From: Botryllus schlosseri
Lineage: Eukaryota
NCBI GenBank assembly: GCA_051294905.1
Contig: CM119372.1
Location: forward strand, 558,001-622,000
Length of the DNA stretch: 64,000 nucleotides
Direction of reading: 5' to 3'
In this document: piece by piece, positions 22,101-33,600 of the stretch
Position numbering within the stretch: the first letter of the stretch is position 1
How the letters are laid out: every line of letters starts with the position of its first letter
The notes under the pieces: generated by a model
What the model saw: the letters and a program-made list of their open reading frames with translations, nothing else
Databases searched by the model: none
What the model was told of the DNA's origin: nothing
Position numbers and translations under genes: made by a program

Positions 22101-22889
22101 CCAAACCACGTGTCGATAACCAAACGATGTTCCTTGTATTCGTCAAGCTTCACAGCTGAACTAACTGCTATCTCCGAGGCACTGAAGTGGATTTTAGAAA
22201 ACGGTTCGTATGTCAAGAAATATTTACTACTGTCGGACAGTTGCAGTGCATTGCAGCATCTACAAAAAGCGCGTTTCCGAAGGATGAGTAAGGTATCAAA
22301 TGAAATTTCAACTAATCTACTTGAGCTTAAATTCCAGAAAATACATATTATCTTCGTTTGGATACCAGCACACGTCGATATTAAAGGCAACGAGACGGCA
22401 GACCAATTGGCAAAGTCCGCAGCAACGTCATCTGAAGGGCGGAATCCTACAAATACAGTTTTGACGAGGCATGAAGCTAAGCAAGTCATACTGAAATATT
22501 GCAAGCAAATTTGGAACCAACATTACCTCGAAGAAGATAAAGGCTCTCATTTCAAACTTTTTCGTGAATCCCTTCATCATAGTACACCAAGTCTTGAAAA
22601 TCGCATTAGCGACCGAATATTATTTCGATTGCGCTCAGGTCATTGCGGACTGAACGCACACTTGTTTAAGATTGGAATCGCACCATCGCCACATTGTAGC
22701 TCCTGCAATGAGCCTGAGACGGTTGAGCACTTTATAATAGACTGCCCCTCGCATGAATTTCATAGAACGTTCCTGCGCCGTGCTTGTGTTTGTATGAATA
22801 TTCCATTTCGCCTCGTGAACTTACTAACGGATCCAAGCATTTTAAAATACGTTGTAGAATATGTGCTGAGTTGTGATCGATATATTTAA
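19155..22889 (+). CDS. LINE ORF2: AP endonuclease, reverse transcriptase, RNase H and C-terminal CCHC
   Basis: QWNCRG, LQET, GDFNAH and SDH (endonuclease); YRPISL, QSGFR, FLDIEKAYD, PQGS and LFADD (RT); YTDGSK, AEL, LSDS and WIPAHVDIKGNETAD (RNase H); CSSC...HFIIDC. 1244 aa with no stops. Confidence 0.95.
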   Translation: MDNIGLNFLQWNCRGLYRKHHELKHFLTTLERAPDAIILQETHLIEKYSPKFPGYHCHRKDKSLHSGGLAIFIKSSHNSSIEAVATTDIEVLCVRLHGLSLYNVYIPPDCRLRDSDANIFETLPPKSIVFGDFNAHHWSWSHQTNQRGTKLFNVLDHANLVMLNSSTPTHINLASNAVNRWSLLDLTLATQDIAARCQTEISSSLLGSDHFVVFTKYMTNSAITSFYRPPSWSLKKANWKKFSRIADEMIDLSDQRDVESANTILTKCITTAANRSIPKTRNMDKKSVPWWSPECERMIRRKKAAYLRMKRTFDITDVINFKKARSACRRTILEAKRFCWESFCSSLNNKSRLNHVWRVIRSIAGTTAHQQIPHIRVNEVDHTEDMSKAEKIGEHFATISRSDNYASNFLLSKSQRDQHITSCLPFNVNLEDPMNAPFQMSELREALQSRKISSPGRDSINYQMLQNLSTSAQTELLKLYNISWRDGKLPKSWKHAVVVPILKPRKDPSKAGSYRPISLSSHLCKVMEVMIVNRLQWFLEANDLLHYSQSGFRHDRSTLDHILRLHDTIYKALNNQRSVVAVFLDIEKAYDMVWRNGLLYKLSALGIHGRLLKWISDFLRDRSFSVRIGSSLSTPFQLENGLPQGSSISPILFAVMINDLAPLLQVGNGLFADDCAVWDSELSLTDAVAEVQKSLDVIHKWCSDWGFKISTDKSIAVIFTRKIKVGHHTLDFGGVPLRFEDKAKYLGVTFDRRLTYKYHIETIASKCTKRLNMIRLLTGTYWGASRSSLLQLYRAMIRSTIDYAMPAYFFAAKKHLDRLNIIHNQALRLCCGAMRSTPICALEAECNEMPLHTRHLHLCLNYRCFLLAHSADNNPATELLDDTWHEIYNLTNPKFRTFNLISKIDLLQQFTIDTYRHTTVQPWKIPVPCVDFHLLHSKWSDTSFEHLRQNSLSYITEKYIGYDHIYTDGSKNDFGTGCAVYIPNHVSITKRCSLYSSSFTAELTAISEALKWILENGSYVKKYLLLSDSCSALQHLQKARFRRMSKVSNEISTNLLELKFQKIHIIFVWIPAHVDIKGNETADQLAKSAATSSEGRNPTNTVLTRHEAKQVILKYCKQIWNQHYLEEDKGSHFKLFRESLHHSTPSLENRISDRILFRLRSGHCGLNAHLFKIGIAPSPHCSSCNEPETVEHFIIDCPSHEFHRTFLRRACVCMNIPFRLVNLLTDPSILKYVVEYVLSCDRYI

Positions 22890-23370
22890 ATTGCTGCTAA
22901 ATTAAAATTTAGTAATGTCGTGGCGCACAAGACCTGACGGTGATAGGCGCCACTCTTTTTCTTCTTCCAACAATAAATACATACATACCCCATGTCTGGA
23001 GTCCATTCAGACGTGGTGTTCATTGTCCGAAATGCAGGCGCGGAACGCTCTTGAATTCAGCGTTAAACTTGACCAACATTGGAATTGAGGCATATGGACT
23101 TTGAAGGCCTTTTCCGATAATGTGTTCGTTGTCTGAAAAACATTTGCAGAACGCTCTTGAATTCAGCGTGAAATGTTTGGCAAACATTGGGATTTTTCGT
23201 ACATTTGGAATTGAGGCATAGCCTATGCCTGGCCGGGAATTTGTCATACATTTTGAGTTAGAGCCGTGGTTCTCAACCGCCGGTCCGCGGACCGGTGCCA
23301 GTCCGCGGACCGGTGCCAGTCCGCGATGACGTTTCTGCCGGTCCGCGAGGTATTTTTAAAAAATTTGGCT

Positions 23371-24470
23371 AATTACTTTTATATTGTAGAACTAATTAAG
23401 CACTTTGCCGTGATATATTAGTTGTAACATTAACAAGTCCGCTCGACTCCCAAATATAACACTGAAAGTATCGTATTTTCGTGTCAATTGGTATATTCGT
23501 ATGCCTCAAATGCGACGTTACGGACCTACTTTGCCCTCTTATTTTGATTAAACTAAGACCCGCTATACTCTGAAATTACTTTTATATTGTAGAACTATTT
23601 AAGCACTTTGCCGTGGTATATTAGTTGTAACATTAACAAGTCCGCTCGACTCCCAAATATAACACTGAAAGTATCGTATTTTCGTGTCAATTGGTATATT
23701 CGTATGCCTGAAATGCGACGTTACGGACCTACTTTGCGCTCTTATTTTGAATAAACTAAGACCCGCTATACTCTGAAATTACTTTTATATTGTAGAACTA
23801 ATTAAGCACTTTGCCGTGATATATTAGTTGTAACATCAACAAGTCCGCTCGACTCCCAAATATAACACTGAAAGTATCGTATTTTCGTGTCAATTGGTAT
23901 ATTCGTATGCCTCAAATGCGACCAACTTTGCGCTCTTATTTTGAATAAACTAAGACCCGCTATACTCTGAAATTACTTTTATATTGTAGAACTAATTAAG
24001 CACTTTGCCGTGATATATTAGTTGTAACATTAACAAGTCCGCTCGACTCTTAAATATAACGCTGAAAGTATCGTATTTTCGTGTCAATTGGTATATTCGT
24101 ATGCCTGAAATGCGACGCTACGGACCTACTTTGCGCTCTTATTTTGAATAAACTAAGACCCGCTATACTCTGAAATTACTTTTATATTGTAGAACTAATT
24201 AAGCACTTTGCCGTGATATATTAGTTGTAACATTAACAAGTCCGCTCGACTCCCAAATATAACACTGAAAGTATCGTATTTTCGTGTCAATTGGTATATT
24301 CGTATGCCTCAAATGCGACCAACTTTGCGCTCTTATTTTGAATAAACTAAGACCCGCTATACTCTGAAATTGTTTTTATATTGTAGAACTATTTAATCAC
24401 TTTGCCGTGGTATATTGGTTGTAATATTAGCAAGTCCGCTCGACTCTCAAATACAACGTTGAAAGTATGA
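23371..24470. repeat. Tandem array of ~5.5 units of 203/194 bp
   Basis: Units start at 23371, 23574, 23777, 23971, 24174 and 24368 and are nearly identical. A hAT-MITE-like left end (cgtggttctcaacc) precedes the array at about 23265. Confidence 0.95.
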
Positions 24471-25680
24471 TATATTATAGTCGACGCTTCTGGTTGCATT
24501 CGATAATTTCGCTATAGCGAAGAATATGTTACGAATCATGTCGACTATTATTCCTCGATTTATTTCAGATAGCAATGAGCTAATGACGATGTTGCATTAA
24601 ATTAAGTCTCGAAATCCTGATTTTTTTTCCAAATTAGACCTGAATAAAGAAAAAATTCAACCGTAGTCGATATTTCCTGATTGCACGATACGCTCGGGGT
24701 TAATCCCAGAAATAGTGATTTACATGATCATTCGTGGTGTTTCACTATAGAGACTGTAGGATGGAGTGACGACTGATTTAAATGCCTAATTAATATTCAT
24801 CCGCGACATATTTTGTTTGCGTGGTTTTTCAGCAATTATCTTGTAAAAATGGATATTTATGGTATTTTTGCCCATAATACTATAAATATGAGGTATTATA
24901 CCGGTATTAGTGCATTGATATACCGAAATATCTATATAAGTTGAACTACTCTATTTACACTGCGCGCAATAATATTTTCAACTCCCTTTAGATAGGTCAC
25001 GCTCCGCTTTGCGGAGGGAGCTACCCATTGTTACGTGTACCATTAATAATCCCACATTGAATTCAGACGGTGGAAAGTTGAGTGTTTGGTTGGTTTAATG
25101 CATGCTTATCGATGGGAATGAGTCGGAGTATTGGAGGTTGAATACTTATTATAACGGACTCTGTGACTAATTGGACGTCTTAATATGTTTGGCCTGACTA
25201 GTGAATATCTTGGATACTTGCGTGACGGTCTTGCGTTTGTTGCCGTACGAAGCGATGAATATGCCGGTATATAATCGCTGCACTATGCGCACGGTCGGTG
25301 AATACCAGCGATGATTTATGATATAATAGCTATTATAGTGGCGTATTATATGATTATAGAGGATAACAATAATAGGGCAGGCGATGAAAATGAAACGGCA
25401 TTTCGTTGCAGGCGAATTGGGTATGCCATATCATGGTCCTTCTGGAAGGCGTCATTCAGCAGAATCTGTATGTATTTTAACTTGCCGACGAGAAAATATA
25501 AGTCACTTACCGTACTATTGGAGGACATTGCTGTGATACTATAGAATTAGCGAGCTATCTTCATGTACTGTTCCGGTATGGTAATTGTTATTTGATTAGC
25601 AAAACGGAAATAAAATTCTGAGTATTATGCTTTCACAGAAATTTTTATTCCTGTATAACCGATACTTTTTCGTAAAAGTT

Positions 25681-26391
25681 ATGGCCGAAGAATCATTGTG
25701 GGAGGATTGGGAATCCATCACCGAGGAGGAAATTTCCCAATGCTTTGAAGGATTGGATGAGTGGAGTGGAATAAGTTTTTACGTCTGTGAAGCCATATTT
25801 CCCACCGTAAGGGAACTCAAGAAGCACGGGAAAGTGCATAAGCTCCCGTCACTAACTGAGCAAATTGACATCGACCGAATAATGGACATTTTGAAGATTG
25901 CTTGCCGTAATTGTCATTCTATTTCCAGGCGTGGACCACGATTTGAGGAATTGGATTTAAATCTTATTGTTCCACTTGTCAAACGCTTGAATGCTGTGTT
26001 CTGTGACGTTGGTACTGATGGTATTTATCAATACTACTCCAACATTTGCCAGCAGGCAAGCAAACTTCTTGGACTGCAGCATCAGCTTCTTGCTGCATCT
26101 TTGCTCGTGAAGATTGTTGATGCACTTGTTCACCAAGCTGAGGAAAAAGTTTCCACTGCAAGAATGTCTGGTATCAATAGCAGGGAATCGGGTATGGTAT
26201 ATTGTACCAAATCTGGAATATTTTTGTGCCTCACTGTCTCTGGCAACTCTTTTCTTGGAAAAGGTATCTTCCTTTCTTTTTATATGAATAAATATATCAA
26301 TTGGAATCGTTTGGTGCATTGGTTTCTTGATCTGAGTGAGAGATACCCTGCATACCTTTATGATTGTGCTACATCTTTCAGGCAAACTTAG
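25681..26391 (+). pseudogene. Second, convergent ORF inside the P-like element; unknown protein, probably truncated
   Basis: ATG at 25681, an acidic N-terminus, a degenerate zinc-finger-like segment (VCEAIFPTVRELKKHGKVH), then a helical-looking region. Past about 26200 it probably just reads antisense to the THAP frame. Confidence 0.4.
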
Positions 26392-26739
26392 CTTAGGCAG
26401 AGCTCCCACTTTGAGTTGCTTTGTGGTTTTGAGCTGAATGATGTCGCTCTCCTCAAAATGATTTTCGCAGATTGCGGCTCTATTATAAATTACACTGTTA
26501 ATTCTGTTGAAGTTGAGACAGCTGCTTTGCTTATGGCTCCTTATGGAGCAACGTCTTGATACGATCTCCTTTTGAGGGGTCCCTGATGGAAAGAAGGAGG
26601 CTGGCCATTGCTGCTTCTGGGCCGCTTCATTCCTTAACAGCTCTGGTCTTCGTACCGTGAATAAGGACCTCTTACTAGATTGATCACTACGCGGAATGTT
26701 CACATAGGTACATCCAGGGATAGCGCAGTTTTTGGCCAT
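26370..26739 (-). pseudogene. THAP DNA-binding domain, N-terminus of a truncated P-type transposase
   Basis: MAKNCAIPGC...LFTV..P...W...ICENHFEESDI...LKVGALPKLSLP gives the C2CH THAP signature with an AVPT-like box. The frame runs on to 25957 without transposase motifs. Confidence 0.8.
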
Positions 26740-27682
26740 AATTGCCGCGGAGGATCTATTATTTTTAACTGCTAAAGACGTGAAATGTACAACGGGATAT
26801 AAGACAATGCGATGTAGCCTAGTGAACAGAAAAGAAGATGTCAAAACGAACAAGTACAGTCTTCCAATGTAACATAGGCCTAATGCCCGATGAAACAGTG
26901 TACGATATTGATCTTTTGGATGTAGTGATAATCTTTTCGTCGCTCTTTTTCATCCGCTTTCCGCGTAGTCTATTCGTTTTTTTCATCGGTTGCTTATGCA
27001 CAGAAAATAGTTTGGGCAGATTTGTATCGGTATCAGCGGCCACTCAGTTACCGCATAAAGCCTTATCAATTATAGCATTGTCTACGAGTTTACGGGATTC
27101 GGCCGCGGAGAGTTTATCGCTGAATAAGGCATTGCGGGAAATTGATTTTAAACGTGTTCTGGGTGGAGGACAGTTGTGAAATTTTTCTAGTGAGAACATA
27201 TTGATGCTTCCTCGTAACATGCAAAATTTGAAACGTCTAGCTAGAATATTTCCACCCTTTTTCGGCGGTCAAATTCGTCCATGTATTTCCGAAATCGCCT
27301 ATACTTTTACATGTAAAATAGGACAATCGGACTCTCGCGAATGGAATTTTACTCCGCAAAGTCAAGCGTGACGGATCTAAACTTAGAACAAAGGGTCGTC
27401 GCTCCATCCTACAGTCTCTATAGTTTCACGTTAGAGCGAAGATTCCACTAGAATTCCGCCAGGACCACTTCAGTTTGTCTGAATGTCAGTCGAGTCATGA
27501 CTTGGTTGGGTGTTGGGTCGTGCGCAATGACTCGAGTAGATAGTTATCTCTTTCTAATTGGTTATAATTACCTGAATTTCATTTAGCGTATATTATACTG
27601 TCATATAACCTACTTTCAACGTGGTTTCGTGACTTAGTAAACATTAACTATCGTGCGTATCTACAATTTTCGGTCTGTAAGA

Positions 27683-30600
27683 ATGGAAGAGCCTGTTGCT
27701 ATCCAACAAAATGAAGAAGCAAAATTAATCGAGGATCTGAAACTTGATGAAAAAAAGAAGATAATGGACCCACTGCATGCAGGGCTTTTTAAAGCTATTG
27801 AAAATGGTGAGGGTTGTGAAATGACAGTGCCTTTTCAAAACTATATCATCCATTTCCTTTGATCTATGTCAGTCTTTATGGCACTAAGTAATGTCGATTC
27901 CCAATTCGATCAATATTTGAATGCCTTTCTGTAAACATTGATGGATGACCGGAAGATATATGTTATTATTCTAGCTGTCAACTAATTTTGAGCATAATGC
28001 CGATTGTATAATTCTAATCTAATTTGTGAATTCAAGGCTCTTATCTAATTTCTGGATTTTCCGAAAATACTTCATGAGAACTGTGTACTGCAAAACGGGC
28101 CAAGTTTTGTGCAGGCCAACGGACATTCGCCACTCTCGCGTTCATGAGAATGAATTCTGTTATGATATGAACTGAATTTGATCTTTGTTATATTTCTTTT
28201 CTAACTAGGTAATTGATTCCATTTCTAAGTTTTTGCGAATTTAGAATGTTAGTTGTGAAGTAGTTTGGAAAAAAAGTGAAGCTATCGTTTTGATTTGAAT
28301 CTAATTAAAAAAAAAACTAGCTATCATTTTAATTCTAATATGATTTGAGAACTATGTTACTGTCATTCTAAGTCTAATCAAGGTAAGCTTGCTGTACAGA
28401 CATTTGCTGTTCTCATGCTTATGAATGACGTCTGATTGTATATGAAGTCAACTTGATTTTTGTTTTATTTCATTCTAATTCAGAATTTCTTTCAATTTAC
28501 AAAGTTTTTGCAAATTCAGTAATTCCAAGTGAAATATAGCAGAGATGGCCCGAGTAGTCAACGTTGCTACTCGAATAGAAGTAGAGGTCACAAGTAAATT
28601 TCAGCTCGAATACAAGTAAAAGAGGCAATTTCCATTAGATTTTAAAACTATTCAAGTTCAACTAAACAATGGAAGGTCAAAAATAACTCGAATTAGTAGC
28701 TTTGGTGGTTGGGCCGGTTATATTTGGCAGTTAATTGGAGGCGTACAAGAGAGAGAGAGAGAGAGAATTTTTTTTCATCATCGCAACATAACAAAACAGG
28801 CAACAAAATAGCGTAAACTTCAGAATCACGGACACATACAAAAAAAATGGTTACAGTGTCAATTTCAAAGCAAATGAGATGTGTACGAATACGATTTACA
28901 TATCATAGGATTGGCCAATATGTTTTACGATTGCTAGAAGGAGCTGCAGCTGATCGAAGTAGATTGGCTATAAATTGCATACATCGTACTGCAACAGTGA
29001 ATTGTAAGATTGACAGGATAAATGTAAGTGCATCGTAAGTGCAGTCTTGAAATATATTCAATATTCAGTTGCTGTTACGCAACTAGGCTATTTCATGCGG
29101 TTATGAGTCCGGTCATGATAGTGTCGCAAACTTATTCCAAAACTACTTTTTCCAACCAAATTCTAATCGTGAGGAAGTGAGTAGTTTTGCCTAAAAGGGA
29201 GGAGTGAAGGTAGTCGAAGCCTACTTCAGCACTCATGAAGAATAGAAGTAAAGTAGGCTACATTGGCAGCACCTCTAAAATGTGATGAACATTGTATGCT
29301 CGGATTCGCCGTGAGATAAAACATTGCTTGAAATATTCCAGGAGATTTTGGGTCTGTCCAGCGTCTGGTCACTGAAGAAAATGTCTCCACGGCAATCAGC
29401 GATGAGGTCAGTACCAGAGTTGGATCAATTACAATATTTCGATTCAATTACAATTACAATTACTTCCTTGCATGTTTCATTAACATTACAATTACAATTA
29501 CTCAATCCTAAAAATATCAAATTACAATTACTGTTAAACATGTAAATAATTACAATTATAATTACAATTACTTTTAAACAGATAATTGTTCTTTGACAAC
29601 CGTAGCGACGTAATTAGCAACAATCTCAAGCTATTCATGTTTCATTCCTGATATGTAGAATACCCTTTGATTAAAAAAATACTTGAACGTATTCGAACTA
29701 TTCCGAATCATGAGTACTGAAAACTACAAGCACAGAAAAATGTTTCAAGCGACTGTTAAGAACCAAAGGTTTGAGCGACTAACAGCGAATAGGCTACAGG
29801 ACAGCCAATGAAATGTAATCAAACGATTAGGCTACTCAGAGCTGAGTCAGGATAATGAAATGTAATTGGTAAGGCGTCAGCGATGAGGATGATACCGATA
29901 AGGTGCGTAAAATTAAAATAAATGCAAATGGAAAGAACCTCCTGATAACTAAGAATTACAATATTTTGGTTCGCATTTACATCTTCACTTGCTCGGAAAC
30001 TGTTAGATTGCATTTGGTGAACATTAGGGTGCGAAAAGTTTCTGGCCTCAGTAAATTTGGCCAAGATTGGAGGTCAGATTGGGATAACATCTCTACAAAT
30101 GTGTGATCATGTTTAATGAAGCCTTGTTTGGAAACTTGAATTTTTTTTGTTATTGTTGCAACAAGCCTCGATACTGGTCAGAGATTTAAAAAAAAAACTT
30201 TGACTGTAGCGTAGGAAATGGTTCAGCACAGGTTTCAGAAGAGTTTATTTGCTGTTCATCCATTTTTGAAATATTAAGATTTAGTTTAGACCACTGGTTC
30301 TCTTAACTTTTTTAGACACGCCCCCCTTTATGACAGTAAATATTTCGTGCCCCATTTATCGTCATAGCACACAATGAAACCAGAAAGTTAGCAATCCTTA
30401 CATAGGCTATAGTTTGATGGTACGGAAGGTTATGACTGTTGATGAGAGAATTCTCCAATACGAAATTCCGACTATACACCGAACAATAACCATAAAACGG
30501 AGGTGAGTCGGGCCAAGCGCGGAAAAGATTTCAGTTCACTGGAGCGTCGCGCCCCGTTCAGATGCTCTTACGCCGCCCAAGGGGGCCGCCCCCAGTTTGA

Positions 30601-33600
30601 GAACCACTGGTTTAGCCTATATTGTAACTCACAAAGTTTTCTGTTGCTACTGAAGTATGGAAAACAGTTTAGCGTGACTGAATTATCTAGTTATAAAGCA
30701 GCACGCATGGAACACCGATGTAAATAGGCTATTTATTAGATGTGTTGACTGTTTACTAAGGCCTTAAGGCCCCTCGTCGTCATCCTGGTTCGTACCGGAT
30801 TTTCACTGGTGCGACGAATAAATGATTGATTAAATGATTATTTTATGTTGTGATTGTCAGGTTTTCATGAAAATGTAATTGAGATTGTAATTGAGCAAAA
30901 TTTTGATCAAATTACAATTACACAAAACAGATATGCTTCAATTACAATTACAATTACATGAAAAAATGTAATAATTACATTCAGCTCAATTACAAATTAC
31001 AATTGATCCAACTCTGGCCAGTACACATTTTGGTTTTCAGCTTAAACTTTGAAATTTTGCGTTATTGTATACGCCAGTACCTATTAATTCATTCATTAAG
31101 CGTTACTCGTTATATGTAGCGGCAGCCATTATGTGTCTGTGTTTTGATTGAGATGAAATAATTTGTATTTATAATGAAATTTGTCTTGTCCTTTCCAGTG
31201 CACCCTGCATTTTGGTATATTCACTATTCACTGTTAGTTCCAATGTACTGTACACAATATAGATCCCAATTGCACCCAACAGCTTAGGTAGCCTCGGTGA
31301 TCACTGGAGCTTGCGGAGAATCGGGTATGGAGTGATTAGATTCTGGATCGAGTATTGAGCTTCGAGCCGATATCCGAGTATCACTCATTACGACGTAACG
31401 TCAGTATGAAAGATGTGGAAAGTTCAAATATGTACCTTTTACGTGACCACAAAGCATATAACGCCAGTTCTACTTCACATCAAGATAATTTTGGTGTTTT
31501 TTTCGACCATACCTATCCCATTGCACTTTGTGATAATGCTGTTACGGTGATCGCGACTTCACGGATACGTCATTTTCATTAATGCTTTGTACTGCATGTT
31601 TCGTATGCTGCAATACGACCAATTGAAGTGTGCAGCCTTCCTCAGTGGAAAACAGCATCAAAACTATCATTTTCGCTGAAAAATTATGCCTCAGTGTCGA
31701 GAGCAATGTTCCCTTTAATTTTTGACAAGTCTGCGCCCACTCACCAACTCACTGCGCGGTCCCTTGGACAACAGTGCGTAACAACAAAAAAAAGGTCCGC
31801 ACTTCAGATTTTTTTGTGCGCAAAGACCGTGTCAGCACTGCGCGATTGCGCACTTGCCCAGCTTAGAGGGAACATTGGTCATGAAGCGTATCATTCCAGT
31901 ACTTACAAAAATCTCTCTCACCGTTCGACTCAAATCATTAGAATTAATACTCTACTCAGATTCTGGTATTCAAATCATTATCATTATGCCCAGTTCTAGT
32001 GATCAACGGAACTTCTTTCCGCAACTTAATCTTGTAATGCTGTAGTAAACATTCATTTTATATCACGGTTCTTTCATGAACCGCATCTATTCCATATGTT
32101 TCGTGTCGCGTAAAATCTAATTTCCATGTATATTTTTTCGAAATGAATTAATTCTACGACTCTTTTTTTCTCATTTAGAATGACATGTCTCCACTTTTAC
32201 AAGCAGCATACCGCGGCCACACTGATATTGTCCGGTTCCTGTTGTCAAATGGCGCTGACGTCAATATTACTTGCCACACAAACTTCTACACCCCGCTTAT
32301 GATGGCAGCAATCTCTGGTAGGATTTTGCAAGAATACGAGGACATAATGATAATTCAGTCTGCCGAATTATACTATTTAAAACGAAATGCCTTGAATCTC
32401 AACTCTAGTCTGATTAGTGAAATATTTCTAGACTCTCATTTCGATTAGAATTTGATTTTGACTTTATGAAAATGCTAACAGGAGAACTGTATAGTGTGAA
32501 ACGATCCACGTTTGCTGCACAGCCATTTGTCATTCTCGTGCTTGTTGGAATCAACTCTGATATGATACGAACTGATATTGATTTTCTTGATATTTCTTTC
32601 TGATTTGGAAATGAATTCCATTTCAAGGTTTATGCGAATTCAGTTATCCGAATTCTAGTCTAATTTGGGAAAAAACTGACGCTATCGTTCTAATTGTAAT
32701 CTAATTTGGAAAAAAGTGTAGCTATCATTCAATTATAATCTAATTTGAAAAAAAATGTGTAGCTGTCATTCTAATTGTAATAAAATTTGGAAAAAACTGT
32801 AGCGATTATTCTAATTGTAATATAATTTGGATAAAACTAGGTATCGTTCAAATTGTAATCTAATTTGAAAAAACAACTGTGTAGCTATCATTTACTAGTT
32901 GCCCAACGCTGTACCGTGGTAATATTTCGCAGGTAAAATGGACACATGCAGAACTCTGCTGGACGCCGGAGCCAAAGTAAGCACGACAAACTCGATCGGA
33001 AAGACGGCCTCCGATCTGGCTTCGTTCGTCGGTGATTCTTGTTCTGGACGTGACGTTTTCTGCAGCCGAGACTGTTACGCGATATGTCTTGTCCAGGACA
33101 GCACGACGTCAGCGCGCTCATCCGAAATTTTCTGACGTTCGAACGGCTGGAGCCTTACTTCACACCTCAAGGAAGCAACCCAGCGCGGATATCGGAAAGC
33201 ACGGCGAAATGTCTACAGCAAATGGTGATGCTGGCGAATTTCCACCCGGTCAAGGTGAGCCGTTTGTACGTAATCAGGGCAGGGCAAGATCAAGTATCTG
33301 GGTGATTTTGATTCAGGGTTGAGTATTCTAATATCTCTCGTTGTGATTTAGCAATAGTTTGAATGCTTTGGAAGGTTCAAATATGTACTAACAAAGATAA
33401 TAATGCCAATTCTACAGCACATTGACGATTATTTAGTATTTTTTAGACCGTACCTATTTCTTCGTATTTTGTGACAATGTGGGTCGATCACAAACATCAC
33501 AGATATCTCAATTCCTGTAACGTGCATAGCTTCACTCACGATTGGGGTTTACAGATTTGCACAGTGAAAAATAATATCGAAACTGTAATTCTCGATGATA

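Larger units (their letters stand above)
17678..22986 (+). mobile_element. Full-length I-group (I/Nimb-like) non-LTR retrotransposon
   Basis: 12-bp TSD ACCCCATGTCTG (17666-17677 and 22987-22998), 5' end CCACATTCG, two intact ORFs, 3' hairpin gtggcgc/gcgccac (22920-22953), and AATAAA followed by a (TACA)n tail. Confidence 0.9.
24746..27422 (-). mobile_element. P-element-like (THAP) DNA transposon, internally deleted
   Basis: 28-bp TIRs TATAGAGACTGTAGGATGGAG(T/C)GACGAC with 1 mismatch, 7-bp TSD GTTTCAC (24739-24745 and 27423-27429), and an internal THAP ORF. No DDE domain is visible. Confidence 0.8.

Noticed and set aside
3237..22504. Short ORFs antisense to or overlapping the zinc-finger, transposase and LINE ORFs
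   Set aside because: They are shadow frames of real coding sequence, many begin at TTG or GTG, and none shows a domain.
23371..24470. CRISPR-like array
   Set aside because: Whole units repeat with no unique spacers, there are no cas genes, and the context is eukaryotic.
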